Positions 30,772 through 39,300 of a stretch of 64,000 nt of DNA are shown here, piece by piece (position 1 is the stretch's first letter; each line of letters opens with the position of its first letter). Source of the stretch: Negativicutes bacterium (GTDB lineage: Bacteria; Bacillota; Negativicutes; UBA1444). Both the position numbers and the translations under genes were made by a program. A model generated the notes under the pieces. It ran no database searches and was not told where the DNA came from. It was given only the letters and a program-made list of their open reading frames with translations. The stretch is from positions 128,001 to 192,000 of the forward strand of contig CAXXIN010000013.1 in the NCBI GenBank assembly GCA_963665275.2. The letters run 5' to 3'.

Positions 30772-31578
30772 TTATTTTCCCATGACAAAGCCGTATTTTT
30801 CCAGAACCGATTTCCCTTCAGGCCCGGACAGGTACGCCAGGAATTCTTCGGCGGCTTTCGACTGTTTCGCTCCGCTCAGCACTGCAGCCGGGTAAATAAT
30901 AGGTTTGTGGGAGCCTTCGGGAGCAGTCGCGGCAATCTTGATTTTTTTGCTTGACGCGGCGTCCGTTTTATAAACAATACCGGCGTCAACATTGCCTGTT
31001 TCGACATACGTCAGCACAGTGCGGACATCCTTCGCCAACACCGCCTTTTCTTTGACCTTGTCCCAAATGTTCAGCTTTTGCAACACTTCCTGGGCATACT
31101 GCCCGGCCGGTACGACCGAGGGTTCGCCCACGCTGATTTGCTTAACTTCCGGTTTCAGTAAATCTTCAAACTTGGCCAAGCCCAGCTTGGAATCCTGCGG
31201 CACGATCAAGACCAGCTTATTCTCCACCAGATTCTTCCGCGTAGCCTTGTTGATGAGATTTTTGGCAGCCAATTCATCCATTTGCTTCGGCGCCGCCGAT
31301 ATGAAGATATCCGCCGGGGCGCCCTGTTCAATCTGTTTCTGCAGCGAGCCGGAAGCCCCCAGATTGAATACGAGTTTGACGTTCGGTTTCGCTTTCGCAT
31401 AATTGGTCTGGATCTCCGCCAGCGCATCTTTGAGGCTGACAGCTGCTGAAATCGTGAGTTCCAGAGGTTGCGGCGCCTCCGCCGCTTTGGGCGCGGCAGG
31501 CTGACTTCCGCCACAGCCAGCCACCGCTAGGCTGAGCGCCAATGCTCCGATCAATAGGATTCCGTACCATTTTTTCAT
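30772..31578 (-). CDS. modA: molybdate-binding lipoprotein
   Basis: AAVSL, GASGSL, VPAGQY, DVR, GIVYKTD. Confidence 0.95.
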   Translation of the reverse strand: MKKWYGILLIGALALSLAVAGCGGSQPAAPKAAEAPQPLELTISAAVSLKDALAEIQTNYAKAKPNVKLVFNLGASGSLQKQIEQGAPADIFISAAPKQMDELAAKNLINKATRKNLVENKLVLIVPQDSKLGLAKFEDLLKPEVKQISVGEPSVVPAGQYAQEVLQKLNIWDKVKEKAVLAKDVRTVLTYVETGNVDAGIVYKTDAASSKKIKIAATAPEGSHKPIIYPAAVLSGAKQSKAAEEFLAYLSGPEGKSVLEKYGFVMGK

Positions 31579-31607
31579 TTTAGTGTTCCCCCTTGTGCGA
31601 TTCGCTG

Positions 31608-32432
31608 TTATTTCGTGATTTTGCAGGTAATATCCAACGGGGTGGCATAGAGTACCGAACTCAAAACAATAATGTCCACATGCCGGGCGAATTCTCCTGC
31701 TGTCGCCAGATTGATTCCACCGGCTACCCCGACTTTGAGCTGCGGATTCAGCGCTTTGAGTTTCCGGACTATTTCCCCCAGCTCTGAAGCTTCGAAATGA
31801 TCCAACAACATCACGTCGACTTGCGAGGCGTATCGGTAGGCTTCCTCCACCGAAGACGGCTCGAATTCGATTTTATGTTGCATGGAATACAGGTCTTTCG
31901 GCAGCTCACCCAACAATCTCATGTGGTTCTGCGTTATCAAGATGGTATCGCTGAGCGAGTTGCGATGATAGATCGCCCCGCCCGCCAGAATGGCATCCAT
32001 CTCGTCTGTCCGCATACCCAAGTGAGTTTTACGCGTCGCCACCACAACCTGAACGCCGTTGTTGGCTTCCCGCGCCGCCTGTACCAGTTTACTGGTTTCG
32101 GTAGTAATCGCGCAAAGCACGGTGAGATATGTCTGGCAGATTCGCCACAGTTTAAACAGGGTTTTGAGATCCCCGGCAGCCTTGATGATCACCTCGCCTT
32201 TTTTGATCGGCTCCCCGGGAAGGCGATATTCCTCCACCACTAGTTTTTGCTGTTCAAAGAAGTCCTTGAGGCGAAGCGTCCCAGCAACCACAGCGTCCAC
32301 GCGGGAAACGAACTGGAAGCGTCCCTCGCCTGAAACATTCAGCAGTTCGGTGGTAATGTCGCCATAGGGGCAATCTTCCGTCAGTCCTGCCGCCAGCGAG
32401 TCAATCAACAACGGGCCTGTTCCGATCAACAT
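31608..32432 (-). CDS. modD: ModD protein (QPRTase/NadC-like)
   Basis: EDCPYGDITT, TRKTH, HRNSLSD, AGGIN; first gene of the mod operon; AAGGAGG RBS. Confidence 0.82.
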   Translation of the reverse strand: MLIGTGPLLIDSLAAGLTEDCPYGDITTELLNVSGEGRFQFVSRVDAVVAGTLRLKDFFEQQKLVVEEYRLPGEPIKKGEVIIKAAGDLKTLFKLWRICQTYLTVLCAITTETSKLVQAAREANNGVQVVVATRKTHLGMRTDEMDAILAGGAIYHRNSLSDTILITQNHMRLLGELPKDLYSMQHKIEFEPSSVEEAYRYASQVDVMLLDHFEASELGEIVRKLKALNPQLKVGVAGGINLATAGEFARHVDIIVLSSVLYATPLDITCKITK

Positions 32433-32457
32433 GTTACTCCCTCCTTGTAAAATCAAT

Positions 32458-32513
32458 AAAAAAGTCACCCAACGCAATACCCCAAACTACGTTAGCTGAC
32501 ACATCATTGTATC
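32458..32513 (-). promoter_or_regulatory. modD leader: ANTAR-like hairpin overlapping an intrinsic terminator
   Basis: GATAC-AATGAT-GTGTC overlaps GTCAGCTAACGTAGT-N7-ATTGCGTTGGGTGAC-TTTTTT. Confidence 0.65.
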
Positions 32514-32542
32514 GATTCGTTCACCTCGACACGAGATTCTTA

Positions 32543-32611
32543 ATTCAACAGAACTCAACCGAACTAAAACCTTATGGCGTTATTATACTGTTTGTTGTAA
32601 TATGAACGCAA
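32543..32611 (-). promoter_or_regulatory. sigma-A promoter of mod operon with 10-bp-period direct repeats
   Basis: TTGCGT-N18-TATAAT; AACAAAC just upstream of -10; GGTTTTAGTT/CGGTTGAGTT/CTGTTGAATT downstream. Confidence 0.55.
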
Positions 32612-32653
32612 GAGCTTTGGAAAGAATACATATTCTGAAAATGAGGTGCAACC

Positions 32654-33598
32654 ATGACGGAAACCCTCTCCTACACGCCGGAGGAAGTGGCCCAAATTCT
32701 CAAAATCACCCGTTTTACGGTTTATGAGATGATCAAACGCGGCGATCTGCCTGCTTACAGAATCGGCCGAAAAAATGCGCATTGAGGCTCCCGATCTGGA
32801 TGCGTTCATCAAAAAGTCCAAGAATGCGGGTGCTGCAGCAAGCAAACCGACTGTCGCCTCCACGCCCCGCCGAAAGCCCCGGCCTCACTCAGAACGAAAT
32901 CGTCATCTGCGGGCAGGATGCTGTGCTGGACATCTTGACCCCGGCATCTGGAAAAGGCGCTCCCGCAGGTCCGCATCCTGCGCAACTACAGCGGTAGTAT
33001 CGACGGTCTGATCGCCCTCTATCACGGCAAGGCAAACGTTGTAACAACCCATCTGTGGGACAGCGACACCGATACCTACAACACACCCTATGTGCGGCGG
33101 CTGATGCCTGGTCATCGAACGATCATCATCAATCTGGTCTATCGAAGCGAAGGCTTTTACGTCAACAAAGGCAATCCCAAGGGAATAAAAAACTGGCCCG
33201 ATCTGCTCAAACCCGGCGTACGCTTCATCAATCGCGAACGAGGCTCAGGCGCCAGAGTGCTGTTGGATGAAAAGCTGCGAATGTTCAATATTGATCGCGA
33301 GCAAATCGCTGGCTATGCCCACGAAGAATCGAGCCATCTTGCGGTGGCCAGCCATGTGGCCCGGGGCGAAGCCGATGTCGGTCTGGGAATCGAAAAAGCT
33401 GCGCTCCAGGTCAAGGAACTCGACTTCATTCCGCTGCAGCAAGAACGGTACGATCTGGTCATCCGCCGCGAAGATGCCGGCAAACCTCCGTTCAAGGCCC
33501 TGTTGAACGTCCTGCAGTCCCAAGCCTTCCACAATGAATTGCGCGGCATGGGTGGCTATGATTTGACACACACTGGCGAAATCATAGCCGAAACCTGA
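32654..33598 (+). pseudogene. HTH_17 (excisionase-like) + PBP-like Mo/W-responsive regulator (TaoR/YvgK-like), interrupted by three +1 frameshifts
   Basis: MTETLSYTPEEVAQILKITRFTVYEMIKRGDLPAYRIGRK | MRIEAPDLD...STP | AESPG...ICGQDAVLDILT | RHLEK...GSIDGL...FINRERGSGAR...ERYDLV; extra bases in A6 (32770-32775), C4 (32865-32868) and C4 (32939-32942). Confidence 0.85.
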
Positions 33599-33632
33599 CC
33601 TTAGCCCGCGAAAATATTTTTCATTCGCCTAC

Positions 33633-33689
33633 TTGAAATAAATAAAAACAAACTATATGATATATACAAGTTAGTTTTAGTTTGTTTTT
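33633..33689 (+). promoter_or_regulatory. sigma-A promoter flanked by a 12-bp inverted repeat operator
   Basis: TTGAAA-N17-TATGAT; AAAAACAAACTA (33644-33655) -N22- TAGTTTGTTTTT (33678-33689). Confidence 0.65.
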
Positions 33690-33700
33690 GTCATATCGAT

Positions 33701-33752
33701 CACAATGTTGTGCCGACACAGATCGTCAGGATCTGCGTCGGCATACTTTTTT
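33701..33752 (+). promoter_or_regulatory. leader: ANTAR-like hairpin overlapping an intrinsic terminator
   Basis: CAC-AATGTT-GTG overlaps GTGCCGACACAGATC-GTCAG-GATCTGCGTCGGCAT-AC-TTTTTT, immediately before AAGGAGG. Confidence 0.7.
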
Positions 33753-33770
33753 AAGGAGGCGCAAATCCAG

Positions 33771-34577
33771 ATGGAAAGAAACTACGCATTTTCACCGCTC
33801 CCCGTAAAAACCGCCCCCGCACCAGACCCGTTCGTTTCCACCGACCTCCACCGCAGGCTGACCGGGATCATCTTGCAAAATCCATTTTGGAACGATTTTC
33901 ATCTGCTGCACTGTCTGCAAAAAGCTCATCCAAACTTAACAATGGCTGATTTGAGACGGTTGAAGATCGAATGCAGGCTGGAAAACCCTGATCTTATATG
34001 TGGAGTACTATTGCGAAAACTGTTTGCCGACTGCGGGTCCGGTCTCAACACACGCCAACGCGAGTTTCTTCTCAAGGCTTACCCCGAATTGCGGGATCAG
34101 GATATCCACACAGATACGCCCGGAAAATTACTGGTTTATGCTTGCCTCGGCGGACAGAGAATCCGTGGCGTCGGCAGAATGTACATCCATATTTTCGTTG
34201 ACATGTTCAACGGCCATATATTCGGGCACTTGAGCCAACATTCAACAGTCGCCGCCGGTCTGAAGGCGCTGGAAGCCCAGTTGGTTCCTTTTTATCTGGC
34301 ATCCAGTCACCCGCTGCGGCGCATCATCCATTCTTCTCCTGTTTCGCCCAACATCTATGTCCTCGAAGAAATCAACGCCAGTCCGACACTGACCCGGCAT
34401 GGCGCCAAATGGGAGCACAGCACCCGACTTTTCGGCCACATCGAACATTTTCAAAAAGTCGTGCTAGCAAGCGATTTTTACGAAAACGCCCGTTACAGCG
34501 GATCTTCATTCAACGAATTGCAATATTCCTTCGGCCAGTGGTTGAAAAAATACAATATTGGCATCTCGTTGAATTAA
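33771..34577 (+). CDS. IS481-family transposase-derived protein with degenerate DDE site
   Basis: TPGKLL...RGVGRMYIHIFVD...LVPFY...HIEHFQK...FY...ELQ...WL..YN parallels the IS481 core (PG..G.QDT..KGVGRIY..F.D...VLPFF...TD.G.E...ERF.K...YN); no terminal inverted repeats seen. Confidence 0.65.
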   Translation: MERNYAFSPLPVKTAPAPDPFVSTDLHRRLTGIILQNPFWNDFHLLHCLQKAHPNLTMADLRRLKIECRLENPDLICGVLLRKLFADCGSGLNTRQREFLLKAYPELRDQDIHTDTPGKLLVYACLGGQRIRGVGRMYIHIFVDMFNGHIFGHLSQHSTVAAGLKALEAQLVPFYLASSHPLRRIIHSSPVSPNIYVLEEINASPTLTRHGAKWEHSTRLFGHIEHFQKVVLASDFYENARYSGSSFNELQYSFGQWLKKYNIGISLN

Positions 34578-34636
34578 TATGATAGAATATTCTTGGATTA
34601 AGTCCAATTCAATCTGACGAAAGGAGTTGTAACTTT

Positions 34637-34693
34637 ATGTTCCAAAAATATACACTGCAGTCTGCCTCACACCGGGAGGTGCACGCAGACTAA
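34637..34693 (+). CDS. putative leader peptide MFQKYTLQSASHREVHAD
   Basis: AAAGGAG RBS upstream; overlaps alternative RNA stems controlling the rsgA RBS. Confidence 0.6.
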   Translation: MFQKYTLQSASHREVHAD

Positions 34694-34738
34694 TCTTCGT
34701 CCACCTCCCAAAGCTGTATCTCAAACTACTGTGGGAGG
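34659..34738 (+). promoter_or_regulatory. translational attenuator
   Basis: CACCTCCC(A) (34702-34710) can pair with GGGAGGTG in the uORF (34674-34681) or with the SD TGGGAGG (34732-34738). Confidence 0.65.
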
Positions 34739-34746
34739 ATAGAAAA

Positions 34747-35832
34747 TTGAACAACTCAACGATATCATTCACTTCATCAGGCCTCACCGAAGCTTTCCTA
34801 CAAGAAGCAAAGCGACATCCAGGCTTGTTTTTGGCACGGGTTTCGGCCCAACACAAAGATCTGTACCGCGTGATTACCGCCAGCGGTGAAATTCGCGCCG
34901 AGCCCTCCGGCAAAATGAGCTACCTGGCCAACGACCTCCCGGACTATCCGGCAGTCGGCGACTATGTGATGGTCGACCGCCTCACCGACGATGGCGGCAA
35001 TGCGATCATCCGGCATATCCTGCCGCGCCGGACGGTTTTTACCCGCAAGGCGGCGGGGGCCGCTGTACACAGCCAGATCGTCGCCGCCAACATCGACACT
35101 GTCTTTATTTGCATGTCGTTGAACCACGATTTCAACCTGCGTCGTCTGGAGCGCTATCTGGCTATCGCCTGGGATGGCGGAGCCGTTCCTGTCGTCGTTT
35201 TGACCAAAGCTGATCTGTGCAAAGAGCTGGAAAACCGGCTATCGGAAATTCGCCACGCGGCAATCGGCGTCGATATACTGACAACGACCTCACGCGATGA
35301 AGCCGGATACTCAGCCGTCGACACTTATCTTCAGCCGGGGAAAACCGTTGCATTCATCGGCTCTTCCGGCGTTGGCAAATCGACCCTGATCAATCATCTG
35401 CTGGGCAATGACACTCTGGCAACACAGGAGATCGGGCCGGAAGACAAAGGTCGGCACACAACGACTTTCCGGCAACTCATTCCCCTGCCGAACGGAGCCG
35501 TAGTCATCGACACCCCCGGCATGCGGGAACTGCAGCTCGACAGCGCCGACTTGTCGCAAACCTTCGCAGACATCGACGAACTATCATCGCAATGTCGGTT
35601 CGCCGATTGCGAACACGAACGCGAACCAGGCTGCGCTGTCACAGCAGCGGTCGCAGCAGGACAAATTTCGGCAGAACGGCTGCGCAGCTACCTGAAGCTA
35701 CGAACAGAGATCGGCTATCAGGGCCTCTCGTCCCGCCAACTCGAGCAGGAAAAAATCACCCGCATGATGAGTGGTATGGGCGGAGTGAAACAAGCCCGCG
35801 CCTACGCCAAAGAAAAGAACCGGCGCAGGTAA
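34747..35832 (+). CDS. rsgA: RsgA-family circularly permuted ribosome GTPase (long paralog type)
   Basis: PAVGD, AANID, LTKADL, GSSGVGKSTL, GRHTTT, DTPGMRE, CRFADCEHEREPGC Zn motif. Confidence 0.92.
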   Translation: MNNSTISFTSSGLTEAFLQEAKRHPGLFLARVSAQHKDLYRVITASGEIRAEPSGKMSYLANDLPDYPAVGDYVMVDRLTDDGGNAIIRHILPRRTVFTRKAAGAAVHSQIVAANIDTVFICMSLNHDFNLRRLERYLAIAWDGGAVPVVVLTKADLCKELENRLSEIRHAAIGVDILTTTSRDEAGYSAVDTYLQPGKTVAFIGSSGVGKSTLINHLLGNDTLATQEIGPEDKGRHTTTFRQLIPLPNGAVVIDTPGMRELQLDSADLSQTFADIDELSSQCRFADCEHEREPGCAVTAAVAAGQISAERLRSYLKLRTEIGYQGLSSRQLEQEKITRMMSGMGGVKQARAYAKEKNRRR

Positions 35833-35854
35833 GATCGGAACCAACAATAATTTA

Positions 35855-35906
35855 GGGGCTATCTCAAAACGGACATTTCATCCGAATTGAGACAGCCCCG
35901 TTTTTT
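35855..35906. terminator. terminator between convergent genes
   Basis: GGGGCTATCTCAA...TTGAGACAGCCCC followed by GTTTTTT. Confidence 0.75.
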
Positions 35907-35926
35907 ATCCGAATCCACCTTTATGA

Positions 35927-38900
35927 TCAGAGCGAGAAACGCATGGCGTTTTCCTGAGAAACCGGCCGGCTGAAAACATAACCCTGCACACAATCACAAC
36001 CAAGTTGCGTCAATTTCGAAAGCTGCTCCTGCGTCTCCACACCCTCCGCCACAACGTTCAGGCCGAGCACATGGGACATATCAATAATCGATCGTATGAA
36101 TCCCTCCTGGACCTTATCCTCGAGGATTCTGTCGATAAACGACTTGTCGATCTTCAATGTCGCCACCGGCAGATTCCGCAGATAAGTCAGGGAAGAAAAA
36201 CCCGTACCGAAATCATCAAGGGACAGCCGGATTCCCAGAGCCTTCAATTCCGCCAACTTACGCGTACCGTCCTCAAGCGACTCAATCAGCAAACTTTCCG
36301 TAATCTCCACTTCCAGTTGCGCCGAATGGATTCCTGTTTCAGAGATACTGCGGCGCACCATTTCGACAAAATCGTCCGCCGCCAGTTGACGGGAAGAAAC
36401 ATTCACCGCCACATGAACGTTTTGTCGGCCACTATCAGCCAAATCCCTTGCAAACTTGCAGGCTTCTCCAATCACCCATTGCCCTATGGTTAAAATCAGT
36501 CCGCTTTGCTCGGCCAGAGGAATGAATCGCAGCGGCGACACCATGCCATGCTCCGGGCTATTCCAACGCAGCAAGGCTTCAAAACTGACAACACCGCCGC
36601 CTCGCAAGGAGATCAGTGGTTGGTAATGCAAGAAAAGTTCTCCGTTTTCCAGCGCCTTTCGCAGACTGTTCGTCAACACCATTTTTTCGTATGTGTCTTT
36701 AAGCATACCGGGTTCATAGAGCCGCCAGCAGTTCTTTCCCGCCGACTTGGCGGCATACATCGCTATATCTGCTTGCTTCATCAATTCTTCAGCCGTATTG
36801 CCATCGCCGGGATAACGAGCCACTCCGAGGCTGGCCGACATGTGAATGCGCTGGCCGCCGACTTCATATTCTCCCTGAACTGCAAGGCTCACCCGCTCGG
36901 TTATTCTCGTTATATTGGCCAGGTCCTCTTCGTCAGGCAGGATCACGAAAAATTCATCCCCGCCGACTCGGGCTAAAAAAGCTCGGTCACCAACGGCGTC
37001 AGCGATATTTTGTCCCGCAGCGACAATGACACTATCGCCACAGGTATGTCCAAAATGATCATTGACCGTTTTTAGGTCGTCTATGTCGACGAACATCACC
37101 GCCCCGGCCGATTTTTCGCGTTGCGCTTTTTGAATTTCTTCTTCCAGCCTCATATTCAAGTTGGACCGGTTGGGCAGCCCGGTCAGAGAATCATGAAAAG
37201 CCTGATGGTTCGTTTTCTGGTGCGACAGCGCATTCTTAACGGCGATGTTTGCAATCGTAGCAAACTGTGCAAACACAGCAATCTTTGCCGGATCAATCAC
37301 CATCTTCTCGCCGAACAAGGTCAGCCCAAAGCTGCCGATTGTCTTTCCGTCAATGTTCAGCGGAGCCTGCATGGCGGTCGTAATTTCATCCGCAAGAGAT
37401 CCCGTCAACCGGTCAGGCCAATGGGCGTAGTCGTCAATGACCACCAACTTTCCGGTTCGCAGAATTTCTGCCAAAATACCTTTTTCGCCCGCATGCATCC
37501 GTTTACCGACCTGAGACTCATACCGCCCGGACCCGCAATGGAAAACCGCGTTGTTTCCCTCCTGATCGAACAGTTGGACAAATCCATGCGGAATCCCCAT
37601 GAACGCGGTCGCCTGTTTCAGTATGTTTTTCAACGATTTGTCCAAATCCAGTTCATCTACCAAGAATTCCGTCGTTTCGGCAAGTTTCCGGAGAAGCTGA
37701 TTCTGCCTGCCGATCTGCCTGTCGGTATAAGTCCGTTCCAGAGCAATCGAAGCGAGAGTGGCAAACTGCCGGAAGACTTCAATTTCCTCGGTGGTAAAAG
37801 AATGAACGTCATCCTGCCAGTTCGCGACAAGCACACCCGTTATGGCCCCGTTTATTTTCAACGGCATCATGATGGCTGCCGACAATCGCCTTGCAGCCTT
37901 CGATGCGATGCGATGCGGATAATTCAGATAGTCTTCCACACACAAGACATCACCGCTTCGATAGACCTGCCCCAACATCCCTTGATCAACCGGTTGCTTT
38001 GCCATATGTTCCTCGTGGTTGATACCGAAAGCATGGCTATAAGAAAAATTTTTGCCGTCTTCGTCCAACAGGGCGATGAGCCCTCCCGGCGCACCAACGA
38101 GTTGAACGGCATCCCGCAGAATCGACTCCAATAGGCCATAAATATCTTCAGCAGGACGCATCAACAATCCGGTGGTGGCCAAATACTGCTTTTCCCGCTT
38201 CAATACTTCCAATTCTTTTTGCTGCCTGATCCCGATTTCGACCGACAAGGTCCGGTTCGCATCTCCCAGAGATTCGTTCATTGCAAATACTTCTTCATTC
38301 ATCGCCGTCAATTCCTGATTGGCGACCACCAATTCCTGTGTGCGCTGTTCTACTGTCGTCTCAAGCTTATCAGCATACAGGCGCAGTTCCTGCTCCATCC
38401 GTTTACGATCGGAAATATCAGTAAAAATAGTGGCGAACCCTTCGCTACCCCACGGAGCAACTGATATCAGAAAGTGTTTTCCCATGGGATCAAAATATAC
38501 TTCCATGGAATCCGGTGCGCCTGTAAGAGCCACCGCGGAGAATTTATCCAAGAATGGAGCATTCATCGTCTCATAGGCTTCTGTGGCCATTTTCCCGCAG
38601 ACATCTTCCCGTTTGAGTCCCAGTTCCTTTTCATAGCTGTCGTTAACGGCTATGATCCGGTAATTGACCGGCGTAGCGTCTGCATCCAAAATCAATTCAT
38701 GCAGGGCCACCCCTTCCACCATATTCGAAAACAGCGATTGCAACCTCTGCTCTTTTTCCACGATGATTCGGCGAGATTCGGCCTCCTGCAGCGCGTTACG
38801 AATCAACCCCACCGAAATCCGCGCCACTGGACGAACCAATACGGCATCGCCGCCGATACCATAGGTTCCAACCATTTTTCCGCCATATATAACAGGCAGA

Positions 38901-39133
38901 TTAACCCCAACTCGCACAAGTCCGCTTGAACGGGCAGCCTCTTCCGGGGAAACCAGCGTTTCTTCCAGCCCCTCCCGCAAAATGCGGCAAGCACCACTAT
39001 GAACCGTACCGATGCGCTCTTTATCAATAGCGGCGATAATGATGCCTGAAGTGTCGCACACAATGCCTTTTAGTCCACTTTCCGCGTAGACCAGCTCAAT
39101 GGCGGGATATGCAGTTTCCGCAGTTAACTTCAT
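35927..39133 (-). CDS. diguanylate cyclase/phosphodiesterase: sugar-diacid-recognition-like + PAS + 2 GAF + GGDEF + EAL
   Basis: RIGTVHSGA...GVNLP...VGTYGIGGD N-terminus; HDSLTGLPNR, GGDEF, FEALLRW, DDFGTGFSS. Confidence 0.9.
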   Translation of the reverse strand: MKLTAETAYPAIELVYAESGLKGIVCDTSGIIIAAIDKERIGTVHSGACRILREGLEETLVSPEEAARSSGLVRVGVNLPVIYGGKMVGTYGIGGDAVLVRPVARISVGLIRNALQEAESRRIIVEKEQRLQSLFSNMVEGVALHELILDADATPVNYRIIAVNDSYEKELGLKREDVCGKMATEAYETMNAPFLDKFSAVALTGAPDSMEVYFDPMGKHFLISVAPWGSEGFATIFTDISDRKRMEQELRLYADKLETTVEQRTQELVVANQELTAMNEEVFAMNESLGDANRTLSVEIGIRQQKELEVLKREKQYLATTGLLMRPAEDIYGLLESILRDAVQLVGAPGGLIALLDEDGKNFSYSHAFGINHEEHMAKQPVDQGMLGQVYRSGDVLCVEDYLNYPHRIASKAARRLSAAIMMPLKINGAITGVLVANWQDDVHSFTTEEIEVFRQFATLASIALERTYTDRQIGRQNQLLRKLAETTEFLVDELDLDKSLKNILKQATAFMGIPHGFVQLFDQEGNNAVFHCGSGRYESQVGKRMHAGEKGILAEILRTGKLVVIDDYAHWPDRLTGSLADEITTAMQAPLNIDGKTIGSFGLTLFGEKMVIDPAKIAVFAQFATIANIAVKNALSHQKTNHQAFHDSLTGLPNRSNLNMRLEEEIQKAQREKSAGAVMFVDIDDLKTVNDHFGHTCGDSVIVAAGQNIADAVGDRAFLARVGGDEFFVILPDEEDLANITRITERVSLAVQGEYEVGGQRIHMSASLGVARYPGDGNTAEELMKQADIAMYAAKSAGKNCWRLYEPGMLKDTYEKMVLTNSLRKALENGELFLHYQPLISLRGGGVVSFEALLRWNSPEHGMVSPLRFIPLAEQSGLILTIGQWVIGEACKFARDLADSGRQNVHVAVNVSSRQLAADDFVEMVRRSISETGIHSAQLEVEITESLLIESLEDGTRKLAELKALGIRLSLDDFGTGFSSLTYLRNLPVATLKIDKSFIDRILEDKVQEGFIRSIIDMSHVLGLNVVAEGVETQEQLSKLTQLGCDCVQGYVFSRPVSQENAMRFSL

Positions 39134-39199
39134 CGGGTGCCTCCGGCGCTATTGTTGAATCAACTTGGGGCTACAGGATTATACCTATATATTCGATAT

Positions 39200-39224
39200 A
39201 TTCGGCTTTTTCCCGCCAATCCCT
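39200..39224 (-). promoter_or_regulatory. SigH-type promoter
   Basis: AGGG-N17-GAAT. Confidence 0.5.
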
Positions 39225-39300
39225 TCCCGCCATAGGCGCTACGCCGTTGAACGGCTGTGGTAGCGTCGATAAGCTCGGCGAACAGCACGGTACGTGTTTG

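Noticed and set aside
32440-32580. Moco/Tuco riboswitch upstream of modD
   Set aside because: The leader is short and I cannot see the multi-stem GNRA-tetraloop architecture; an Rfam scan would settle it.
33771-34577. Active IS481 element
   Set aside because: Catalytic Asp residues and the N-terminal HTH appear missing; no terminal inverted repeats or target duplication seen.
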